From positions 520,074 to 584,073 of the forward strand of contig MU053934.1 of assembly GCA_013239625.1 (NCBI GenBank): 64,000 nt of DNA. The letters run 5' to 3'. The notes under the pieces were generated by a model. It saw nothing but the letters and a program-made list of their open reading frames with translations, was not told where the DNA came from and searched no databases. A program made the translations under genes and the position numbers. The stretch is from Lama guanicoe. Taxonomy: Eukaryota. This document shows, in pieces, positions 54,090 to 64,000 of the stretch (position 1 is its first letter; the number at the start of each line of letters is the position of its first letter).

Positions 54090-54365
54090 GGTGACATAAT
54101 TAAATATATATGATGTGCCAACTAGATACAAGAGGCTGGGGAAGGTGCTGTGAGGGGCACCATGTTGAATCAGGGTAACGCTGCCCTCGGGTTGCCCATG
54201 GTCTGATAAAGAAGACACAGCTGGTAGTGGAATCATAGGAGCTGAGAAGCAGGACCATGGGGCATCCAGCAGAGTGGGTGCCTGCCATCCGAGGACAACG
54301 GGGTCCTTCTGGAGGTGACGTTTAAGCTGGGTTTGAAGGATGGGTGGGAGGTGGAGGGGTTGAGA
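54090..54365 (-). mobile_element. LINE-2 fragment
   Basis: tatgatgtgccaactag...ccctgccctc-like...ttctggaggtgacgtttaagctgggtttgaaggatgggt. Confidence 0.6.
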
Positions 54366-54398
54366 GAACACTGAGAAGACACTGATGATTTGCTGGCC

Positions 54399-54586
54399 GC
54401 TGGTTCCATCAGGAATGATTCCTGCCCTTCTTCTGTGGAGGGTACACGGCTGTCTGGCTGGAGAGCTTTCTCAGAGGGGCCGGGCCCCTGGGAGCTCTTA
54501 CAGCCACGATTTCGCACTCACTCTGGATGGACTCTGCATGGAGAACATTCTGGAACCTCTTCAGTGGAAGTATGGCATGCAGCTCT
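54399..54586 (+). repeat. left arm of a long inverted repeat (no repeat family recognised)
   Basis: reverse complement of 55230-55414; 54419-54586 aligns without gaps at 137/168. Confidence 0.95.
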
Positions 54587-54629
54587 ACATGTCCAACACA
54601 GAATCAGGAAAGAGACCCTGAAGGCCAGT

Positions 54630-54810
54630 GAGCCCCTCATTCTTAACCAGAGCCGCCCAAGAGAATCACCTGGAAGCCTTGTTTTCAGGATGCCTGTGCC
54701 AAGACCCAGAGGTAATGAGACGGAATTTCAGCAGTGGGGCTTGGTCATGTGCTTATGGGAAAGGTCCCCAAGGAGTTTCTGATAGCATCCCCTCCTTAAG
54801 ATCACTGATC
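54630..54810. mobile_element. MER5-type hAT MITE in the inverted-repeat spacer
   Basis: agaatcacctggaagcctt...ccccaaggagtttctgat...ttaagatcactg. Confidence 0.65.
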
Positions 54811-54954
54811 AACACCATGATCTCATTTTTCAAAGTGGGGCAAATGAGGCGTAGAGAGGGGATTCCTTACTCACTCAGTCATTCGATGCATATTTATCAA
54901 GTACCCTCCTGGCAATACAAGGCTGAGTAAAACAAAAATACTTGCCCTCATTAA

Positions 54955-55115
54955 ATGCTTTTGCTCACTGAGTCCTTGCAGTAACACCATGGGGAGTTAC
55001 TCTCACCCCTCCTTGTTTTAAAGATAGAGAAACGGAGGCACAAAGGATTAAATGAACACAAAGAATCAGTGATGGAGTCGGGATTCAGCCTGAATTGTCT
55101 GAAAAGCACCTTTCA
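54955..55115 (-). mobile_element. MIR SINE in the inverted-repeat spacer
   Basis: ttttaaagatagagaaacggaggcacaaagg...gtcgggattcagcc. Confidence 0.65.
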
Positions 55116-55229
55116 CCTCAGGGCTGCTTACCCGGGGGCCTCCTCCTGCGGACCCCAGCCCCGGGGTGATGCGCACGCACAAGGAATGGCCTCTGTTTTT
55201 AGAAGCCAAGGTGGGGGGAGCCGGGGAAG

Positions 55230-55414
55230 AGAGCTGCATGCCAGACTTCCACTGAAGAGATTCCAGAATGTTCCACACACAGGGTCCGACCAGCGCGAGT
55301 GCTGAATCACGGCTGGAAGAGCTCTCAGGTGCCGAGCGCCTCCGGGAAAGCTCTCCAGCCAGCCAGCCACACCCGCTGCACAGAAGAAGGGCAGGAACCG
55401 CTCCTGGAGCCAGC
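55230..55414 (-). repeat. right arm of the long inverted repeat
   Basis: reverse complement of 54399-54586. Confidence 0.95.
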
Positions 55415-57179
55415 TGTGTGGAGGGCCTAAGCAGTGGCTTCCCTCTCAGGGCCTCAGTGCAGACCAAATTAAGAAGCTGAAACAAAGCCTCTGAGATTTC
55501 TCCAGCTCCTAGGAGTGACAAATAAGGAAATCTACCAACCCTCAGCAAAAAGGCCGAGACACAGAGGAAGAATCCCGCTAGAACTGGGATTAAGAATCAC
55601 CTCCGAGCCAGCAAGTGGAAGCTGTTATGTCTCCTGCGATGGGGAAACCAGAACCAAGCCCTGAACTCAGGGACATTTTGTGGGGATTTAACAGAACTCT
55701 GAAAACGCTCCTCATCCTACCTGGCCCGTGACAGATGCTCTACAAATGGCTAATGCTTCTAAACGCCCCTCCAGGGTGGGCTGTCTGATGATGAACCTGT
55801 GTGAAATTAGCTTTTTCTTTTTCTTCCAATTTTTGTTTTGCCAAGAACAAACACAAAGGCAGAAATAGCATTTTAAGTCAAGGTTCATGGGGCAGATGGG
55901 GCTCTCTGACCTCTGGGAGCTCACCTCATCGCCCACACGCCTCCTTGATTTTAAGCTGGAAGCAAAAGAAACAGAGTCCCCTCAAGGGCAGGAGGAAATC
56001 CATTATGAGCTTTTGTCATTCAAACAGCAAGGAAGCCCCCAGCTGCTGGAGCTCAGCAGATGAGAGCAGTAAATATCCCCAGTGGACACACAACTGTACA
56101 AAGGTACCGCGTCCAAGGGCAGTTAGTTTCTCAGGGAACCTACTTCCCTAAGGAAACGCTGATTTAAATCTTTCTTATAGTTGTTGACACGTAAATGTTA
56201 GCGATTGGTAATTAACGCACTCCTACTGAAACAGAACACTTATTTTAAACAGCAAATGGTGACAGACTGGATTGGACAGAAACTCTGGCATATTCCATAG
56301 GAGATCTTGCCTGTGACATCATTAAGCCCCAAGACTGGGCTCTCCATTCATCAGGCCTTGAGAAAACACCAAGCCTCAAGGGGGCCACCCGTGCAAACTC
56401 ACACCTCTAGGATAATCATGTTACAGTACCATCCTTGCTCATTTCACAATGGCATCTCAAGACAGTTTTAAAATAGGAACAGGTAAGAGCTTTTCAAGAA
56501 CTCTACAAACTGGGATACGGCCGGTGCAAAAAGGAAGAGCAGTTTGGGGAAATGATGGGCACCAACGGAGTACAAACAAAAAGCCTTCACTTCTGGCTTC
56601 TAAGCGAAGTGCTGGGTGTGGACTCAAAGAAAGGGTCCAAGGCCACCTCAGGCTTAATGAGAGCCCGGTGAACGTACTTCTCCGGCCAGACGGGGCCAGA
56701 TTTTAAGGGCCTGGGAAACATCTAGGTCTGGGAGGACATCCAGAACCTCACTCTTCAGATGACAAACGGAGCCCAGAGCAGAGGAGCGAAGGTCCCAGGC
56801 TCGCACAGGGCGGCAGAGCCCGGGTTGGAAACCGGGCATCCTCTGCTCTTGCTGTGCGCCCCGGCACCCCCCTTCCACTCCCTGGGGCTCCTCCGAACCA
56901 CCTGCCAAGCCACTGCAGAAGCTCAGGAAGAAACACAGGGGCACCACAGCAGCCAGGAATCAGGAGGAGCCCGAAGGCCCTTAGCCAACATTTGTAGAAC
57001 TTTCTCCAGTGGCCCCTTTAGAGGATGCACCATTCCCTCATACATCAAAATTCCCAACTACTACAGCTAGAGGACCTCAGAAATAAAAAGAAGTCAGACG
57101 TTGAATACCCAACAGAGGCCTGGGTTTAAATGCACCTGTGTGACCTTGGGCTCAACTGATGAATACAATCGAGAAAACA

Positions 57180-57610
57180 CAGGCAAAGGGTAGAAACAAA
57201 CCCAAGTGCCCACTGACAGGTGCATGGAGAAACACAACGTGGTCTAGACGGAGTATCGTTCAGCCTTAAACAGGAAGGAGATTCTGACACTACAGATGCT
57301 CCAGCATGGATGGATCCTGAGGACTGAGTGAAACAAGCCAGTCACAAGAAGATAAATTCTGTGATTCCACCCATACAAGGTACCTAGAGGAGACAAATTC
57401 ATAGAGACGGAGTAGAATGGTGGTCTCCAGGCCTGGGAGAAGGGAGGGAGAGGGGCTGCTGAATGGATTTGGAGTTTCAGTTTTGCAAGATGAAAAGAGT
57501 TCTGGAGCCTGGTTACACAACAACGTGGACAGGTTTAATGGTTCTTAATTGAACATTTGAAAGCAGTTAAGATGGTAAATCTTTCATGTGTATTCTATCG
57601 CAATTAAAAA
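57180..57610 (+). mobile_element. L1MB-type 3' end
   Basis: aacccaagtgcccactgacag...ttcagccttaaacaggaagga...gagtttcagttttgcaagatgaaaagagttctggag. Confidence 0.85.
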
Positions 57611-57787
57611 TTGTTTAACATATGTATTTTTCAAATCAACAAAATGATATCTAAGCCCAGGGCTTGAAACAAGATTTAGACAAGATAATGATCATTATCT
57701 AAAGATAGGACCTGGGGCATAATAGGTGTTCAAATAAATATTTGAGCCTCCCATTGTTTTCATTTTCAAAGGAAGAAACAAAGCTGT

Positions 57788-58104
57788 ATTTACAAAACAT
57801 GAACAGAGTCACAGACACAGAAAGCAAATTTGTGTCCTAACGGGGGAAGGGGACAGGGGGAAGGATAAATTAGGAGGATGGGCTTAACACCGCTATATAT
57901 AAAATAGATAAGCAACAAGGATTTACTGTACAACACAGGGGTCAAGATTCAATATCTTATAATAGCCCATAATGGAAAATAGATGAATATATATATATAT
58001 ATATATAAAACTCAATCACATGACTCATCCACATTGTAGCACATCTGAAAATAGCACAATATTGTAAATCAATTATACTTCAATTTAGAAAAAAAAGAAA
58101 ACAA
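57788..58104 (+). mobile_element. 5'-truncated L1 3' end
   Basis: tacaaaac...aacagagtcacagacacagaaagcaaa...attgtaaatcaattatacttcaat plus A-tail; imperfect TSD aagaaacaaagctgt/aagaaataaggctgt. Confidence 0.88.
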
Positions 58105-58149
58105 AAGAAATAAGGCTGTCACCCAGACAAGTTAAGTGCCTGGAAGAGA

Positions 58150-58385
58150 AACCACAGCGGTAGGAACTGTGGAGTCAGAATGTCCTGGTGCAAACCTGAT
58201 TTCTCCACTCAGACGCCAAGCGTCCTGAGCAAAGTCACCCAGCATCCCCGGTCCTCATCTGTAAAGTGGGCAGCAGCATCCAGAGAGTCCAGAGTTCAGA
58301 GGGGACTATTCTGAGAATAAATGCGTGGGAAAGGGCTTAACAAACTGCCTGGAATACACTGAGTGCTCGTAAACGTGAGCCTCAT
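58150..58385 (+). mobile_element. MIR SINE
   Basis: ctgtggagtcaga...cctcatctgtaaagtggg...gagaataaatg. Confidence 0.7.
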
Positions 58386-60104
58386 CGGAAGCAGTAGGAC
58401 AAAGTGGGGACAAACTCAATGCGACTGGTCCCCAGGCCACCGCCCTGATGCCCCGCACCAGCCTGCCACTCACCCCAACTGCCACTCTGGAATGGTGCAT
58501 CCACGTCCTTCCTCCCCGAATCGCAGAGTCAGCAGTGGCTCGAAAGCTTCCTGAGCCTGAGTATTTCGGGGGGGGGGGCACGGGGGGTGCATCACCCAGG
58601 CAGCCTCCTCCGCGGCTCCCTCTCCTGTATCCTCCTGCTCGGCCCACGCTCCCTGTTCCCAGCCGTGCAGCGAGCAAAAGTTAGTAAACACAGCCGTGTC
58701 CTGCCCTTCTCACGAGAACCCTACATGAGAGGGAAACTGGCTCTGCACAGAGATCACAGCTCACTCGTTTTCCCCTCAGTTAACCTGGTGGCCAGGTACA
58801 GCCCCAACCTGGAGGAAGGATGCAGCCAACCATCACCCCCTCTGCAAAAGGGAGCCAAGCCTGGCAGTTTTGTTGAATGTTCCCCAACTCACACCCACCT
58901 CCCCCTCCACACACACCCCTTAAGCATCAAATTATAACAACACAAGAAACCAGGACCAGCCGCTGGCAGCACACTGTCACAGAACAAGTCAGACCGGGAC
59001 TTGAATCCCAGCTGTAGGACCCTGGACGGTGGTCAATCTCGCAAAGCCTTCAGGGTCCTCGGGGTGGAATGGACACGCTACCATGCCTGGTTGCTCAGCC
59101 CTGCTGTGAGGCTCTGGGTTCGCAGACATCCTCACCTCATGCTTGGTGCCGCCCTCCCCATCCTGCTCCAAACACCTGCTCCTGCCCCGCGGGCTCCTGA
59201 ACAAATAAATGTGGTAGCTGGAGGTGCACAAGTAACTTCCACTCACCACCCTTCAGCCAGAAATCAGTGCATGGTCCTGCTTCAAGGAGAAGAGCCAGGA
59301 AAGGGAAACATTCTCACGGGCCCAGGAGAGGAGGACCGGATCTGGGCAACAAGCAGACGTTTCTAACCCAGACACAGTCCTCTGTCCTCCAGAGCTGACG
59401 GCCAGAGGAGGAGAAAGAGACACAAATGCCTAAGAACACAGGATGGAAAAGGCGACAACAAAGTTCACACAAACTGTGACAGGAGAAAAGAAGGCTCCAC
59501 TCACTCCACCCAGGAGCCCACCGTGGAGGGTCTGTGTTATCAGGGAGGGCTTCTCTGTGGTGGTGACTGCTAACCCTGCCAGGAACAATCCAGGACTTTG
59601 CCCGGAAAGGGCACAGCCAGCCATCTCTGAGCTGTAACTCAAGCCCAGCCTGGAGTAGCTCGGCAACCTCCTGCTGTGTCTTCCCTTCTCCAGCAGTTGT
59701 GGGATCCCCACAACTAGGTTATAAACTCACCCGGGGCGGGACTACCTGACGCAGTGGCTGCCAGCAGCAGGATCACCAGGACCATGGGAGATGAAACTGA
59801 GTGGCAGGCAGGACCCCGGGGCCCCAGAAGAGGCCGCATGGGGACGTGGAGGCAAGACTGGCCTGGGTTCAAATCCCAGCTCTGCTACGTGTTCCTAGAG
59901 GCTACCATGATGGTCCCTGCGGGCTTGATATTGTAAAATATAATTTCTTATTATAAGATCTGTGTCTTCATTAATGAAACAACAACTCTGTCAACAAAGA
60001 AGGGGCAGTCCAGCCACATAACAGTCAAAATTGTTACCGGAAATAAAAACGGTCAAACCTATGATGATCATTAATGTTACTATTATAGCTGTTTATCTAG
60101 TAGA

Positions 60105-60260
60105 GCTAAGATGTATTGAGGGCTTATGATGTGTGGGTTTTACCCGAATAATCTCACTTAATCCTTACTAATCCTATGAGGCATTACTATTATTATTATT
60201 AACCTATTTTATAGATGAGAAAACAGGTGCAAAAGTCAACTGAATTTCCCGAGATTATGT
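60105..60260 (-). mobile_element. MIR SINE
   Basis: taatctcacttaatcctta...cctatgagg...cctattttatagatgagaaaacagg. Confidence 0.75.
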
Positions 60261-60282
60261 GAATGTAATATAGTAGATTCCC

Positions 60283-60402
60283 TAAAGAATCTGAAAAAAA
60301 TATATATATATATGTATGTATAACTGAATTGCTTTGCTGTACATCTGAAACAAACATTGTAAAAGATGACACTTCAATAAAAAATAAGAATTAAAAAAAA
60401 AA
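60283..60402 (+). mobile_element. very short L1 3' tail
   Basis: aaagaatctgaaaaaatatata...tataactgaattgctttgctgtacatctgaaac...acttcaataaaaa. Confidence 0.85.
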
Positions 60403-61673
60403 AGGGAGAGTCCCTCCACATGGGGCCTCAGCAGGGAATTCAAAGTCCCCACCACCCCCTTACAGTAGCATCATACCTGAGCCAACAGATTAGGGTTCAA
60501 GTCTCAGATCAGCCACTCGAAAGCTGTTTGACCTTGGGCGTATCAGCTCTTTAAGTCTTTTTTGGTCCTTTTTTTTTTTTTTGGCTTAAGATGAATTTAT
60601 TATCTTCCAATTCTGAAGGTTATAAGTCCAAAATGGGTTTCACTGGGCTTATCAAGTTCCTTCATTTCTTAAGTGGAGATTAGTACAGCCTCACTGGGTA
60701 ACTGAGACAATTAAAATAAAACATGAGCTAAGTCCTTGACACAGAGGAAATCCCCATCATGCCGGGGTCCTGTCTTCTAGCAGTTTGGGGGCCCTGGTCC
60801 TCTCAGCCTGCCCCGCGGCCTCCTGCACACCTCATCGTGCCTGGATGGGGCCACCCCGATCTGCAGGCGTCTGGGCCAGGCCTTGGACTCCATTCCAGGC
60901 TCAGGTTAACTTTACTGGGAATCAAGAGAGGTAGGGGTGCCTTTATTTTCAGAAGATTGTAAATTGGGGTTCCTTACCTAGAAGGCACCAAAGGTAACCT
61001 GGAACTTTTGCACAGCCAAAAAAAAAAAAATGTCAGGCGTGCTCACATTTGATTCCGGTTTAACCTGAATGCAAAGTAAATATGTGAAATCCCATGCCTG
61101 ATAATGTGGCAGAACTAATTCCCCACGTGTTTTTTTTCCAGGTGACTGTAAAACATGGGAGGTGTCATGGGCTTCAGAGAACTTCTCTTCAGTGAGGGGC
61201 GGGGCTCCCCCTCCCTCTCCCACTGACCAGCAACAGTTCCTAATAGTAACCCGCCCAGATGGGCCTTACCTAAGGAGGGCAGAGAGGAGAAAGCAGGGAG
61301 TGACCCTGCAGGTCCCTGATGACTGTTAAGGTCCCTTCCAGGTTTAAGGGCTCTGACTGACCTCAGCAGTCCCCAACAGGGCCCACAATTGAGCTGCATC
61401 CCAGGGAGGACATGGGGTCTCCTATTTTCAGGAGGGCAAGCATAAAGCTGCAAGAAGGTGCTACACTGAGTATAAATTAAATACCCCAAAGCACAAGACA
61501 CAAAGTACATATGACATGATCACATATGACAAAGATAAGAGGGAAGTAGAGAAACCAACGCTGGCTTCATGTTACTAGGGAAAGCTAGTAACAGCAAGGT
61601 AGAGCTGGCTTTGGGATACAGAGCATCAAAGCCTTCCTTTACTTGCTTCAGAAACACGTACACGTCTCTAGAA

Positions 61674-61759
61674 AAGACTATGAGCTCCTCACAGATAGGG
61701 AGGGTGCCTTGTTCACCACACTATCCCCAGTACTGTGGAAAGAGATGAGACTCAAATGC
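61674..61759 (+). mobile_element. LINE-2 3' end
   Basis: agactatgagctcc...gccttgttcaccacactatccccagtac. Confidence 0.7.
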
Positions 61760-62212
61760 TGGATGGATGTATAGATGGATGGATGGATGGACTGGTGGGT
61801 GAATGGATGGATGGATGGATGGATGGATTGGTGAGTGGGTGGATGGATGGATGGATGGATTGGTGGGTGGGTAGATGGATGGATGGATTGGTGGGTGGAT
61901 GGATGGATGGATGGACGGACAGACTGGTAGATGGATGGATGAATGTATGGCTTGGTGGGTGGATGGATGGATGGATGGATTGGTGGGTGGGTGGATGGAT
62001 GGATGGATGGATTGGTGGGTGGGTGGATGGATGGATGGATGGATTGGTGGGTGGGTGGATGGATGGATGGATGGATGGATGGATGGATGGATTGGTGGAT
62101 GGGTGGGTGGATGGATGGATGGATGGATGGATGGATTGGTGGATGGATGGATGGCTTGGTGGGTGGGTGAATGGATGGATGGATGGGTAGATAGGTGAAT
62201 GAATGGATGGAC
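61760..62212 (+). repeat. (GGAT)n/(GGGT)n compound microsatellite
   Basis: direct inspection; source of spurious MDGW/HPSI ORFs. Confidence 0.95.
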
Positions 62213-63414
62213 AAACAGACAGAGAGATGGGGCTGGTTTGGGAAGCTGTGTGACTGCCTTGAGGCAGCAACCAGAAGAATATGGATTTAACTAGTCAATC
62301 AAAGCCCTCAAAACAAGGCCTTGCCCAGAGGCCTGTGGCCACTTTTCTTTTTTCCCTTTTTATCAGAACCCAAAGCACTCCGGACCTGTGGTCCCCATGT
62401 TTACAACTGCTGCCTGAACTCAGGCTGCGCTCCTGATGTGGTCTCATCCTTCTGGCCTCTCTCTCTCACTCTCTCCACGTGCCCCTCCCAATCAGTTTTA
62501 TCCCAGTTCTGCTCCTAACCTGAATTCCTGGCACTGCCTGTAGATAAGTTCAGTTTCTGGCTGAGCTACAGGCATGCTGACAGCCCCGCTCCAGCACACA
62601 GAACACAGTCAGATGAGTTTCTGTCACCCAGTATGGCTGACCTCCATTGTGGAGCAAAATTCAGTGACCTGTGCTTTCTCCTCTGTCACCCCACCCCTGA
62701 CAGCACCCTTCCTCACTCACCCACCCTCACGAAGGGAAGGGTCAGCTGGAAGCAATCAAATCTGACCACTATGTCCACAGGCTGCAGCCACCTGTCCCGC
62801 CCAGCAAGATGCAGACAATTTCAGCCCAACCTCAAAATATCACCGTTACACCAGGAAGTAGGTGTTGTTTCATTTGTTTTAACTAAAAAACATTCTGGTA
62901 AGGAATACTGGCACCTTGTTTTTTTGTTTTTTTGTTTTTTGTTTCCTTTCAGAGTGACATTGACATAATTCCATTTGAAGTATATAAATGTTTTCAACCT
63001 AAATGAGTCATTTGGTGAGAAGAGTGAGCTCGCAAGCCTGCATATGGGTTGACCCCTTTACCAAGAAGCACAGTGGGAAGTATTGAGTTTGGGGCTAAAA
63101 AACACTTAGAACAATGAAATCCTATTTTTCATGGCAATCCATGTTGCTAATCACACGGAAACCTGGGAGAAAAACAAGGGGATCATTTAAAATTCTGGGG
63201 TCAGGCAGAGCTCCCCCTGGGCTAGAATCCAGCTACACCACGTTCCTGCTGTAAAATTTGGAGGTGGGAAGAGGTACTTAACTTCTGACCACCATTAATT
63301 CATTTGTGGTTGTGAGGATTAATTTAAACCACAGACTATAGGTAAAGTGTTTACAATTTTTCAGCATTATAGAAAGTACTCAATAGAAGTGGGATGTGAT
63401 CATTATTATTTAGA

Positions 63415-63612
63415 GATGGTGTGCTGTCCAACATGGTAGTCGCCGGCCACAGGTGGCTATTTAACTTAAATTAAAATTTAATTAAAAAGCCAGTTCCTGA
63501 GTCCCACAAACACATTTCAAGTGCTCAGTAACTACCTGTGGCTGGTGGCTAGTGGACAGAGCAGATACAGAGGAGTTCCATCCTGCACAAAGTTCTACCA
63601 GACAGTGATGGC
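63415..63612. mobile_element. MER3 hAT MITE
   Basis: gctgtccaacatggtag...gtggctattta...cacatttcaagtgctcagtaac...aaagttcta. Confidence 0.8.
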
Positions 63613-63644
63613 ACAGAGGTAAAGAAAAATGGCTTAAAGCTACA

Positions 63645-63800
63645 GCGTCTGTGTGACCTTAGGGAAATTATCTAACCTCTCTGTGCCTCATTCCCTCATC
63701 TGTAAAATGGGGATAATAAGAACTACATCATTCACTCATGATGAGGATTATCTGCTATGCAAGTGCTTACAATAATGGTAAACGCTCACCAGCTGGTACC
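63645..63800 (+). mobile_element. MIR SINE
   Basis: ctgtgtgaccttagggaaattatctaacctctctgtgcctcattccctcatctgtaaaatggggataataag. Confidence 0.9.
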
Positions 63801-64000
63801 CTACAATGGGGGGCAGACACAGATACAGTGCAGAATGGGCTGTTGGGAGAATTAGAAAGATTTTTATGCAAAGCACATCCCGTGGGGCCAAACACATAGC
63901 AGACACTGAGTTCACTTGGTTTTTCAACAACTGTTCATGGAGCACCTACTATATACTAGGCCTTCTTTTAGGCACTGGAGACAGAGATGAACAAAGGCCC

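Noticed and set aside
54385..55548. Paralogous-looking ORFs on opposite strands (…NILEPLQWKYGMQL / …NILESLQWKSGMQL)
   Set aside because: A by-product of the inverted repeat; mismatches have no third-position bias (7/12/12).
61678..62270. Long ORFs (up to 178 aa) of HPSI/MDGW repeats, likewise at 52714-53281
   Set aside because: Translations of (GGAT)n microsatellites.
1..64000. CRISPR arrays, operons, rRNA/tRNA genes
   Set aside because: None seen; the sequence is mammalian repeat-rich DNA.

Overview
Mammalian nuclear DNA, most likely a camelid. The basis is many short cetartiodactyl-type L1 3' tails and no recognisable Bov-A/Bov-tA, PRE1, Alu or CAN SINE. I could not identify any protein-coding exon, RNA gene or CpG-island promoter; the ORF track looks like noise. 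The window reads as the interior of a long intron or an intergenic region, possibly transcribed from the minus strand (by eye, A-runs outnumber T-runs on +). It is filled with ancient MIR/L2, MLT1/MLT2/MER34/MER68-type solo LTRs, hAT/Tigger MITEs, younger 5'-truncated L1 ends and microsatellites. The main unexplained structure is an inverted repeat I cannot assign to a transposon: arms 54399-54586 and 55230-55414, with a 168-nt gap-free core at 137/168 identity and mismatches biased to G:U pairs on the minus strand. It could fold into a long intronic dsRNA. Lesser observations are a diverged ~200-bp direct duplication, a possible recursive-splice site and several enhancer-like unique blocks. 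Repeat family names are from memory of consensus sequences, not from a search, and boundaries without a TSD are approximate.
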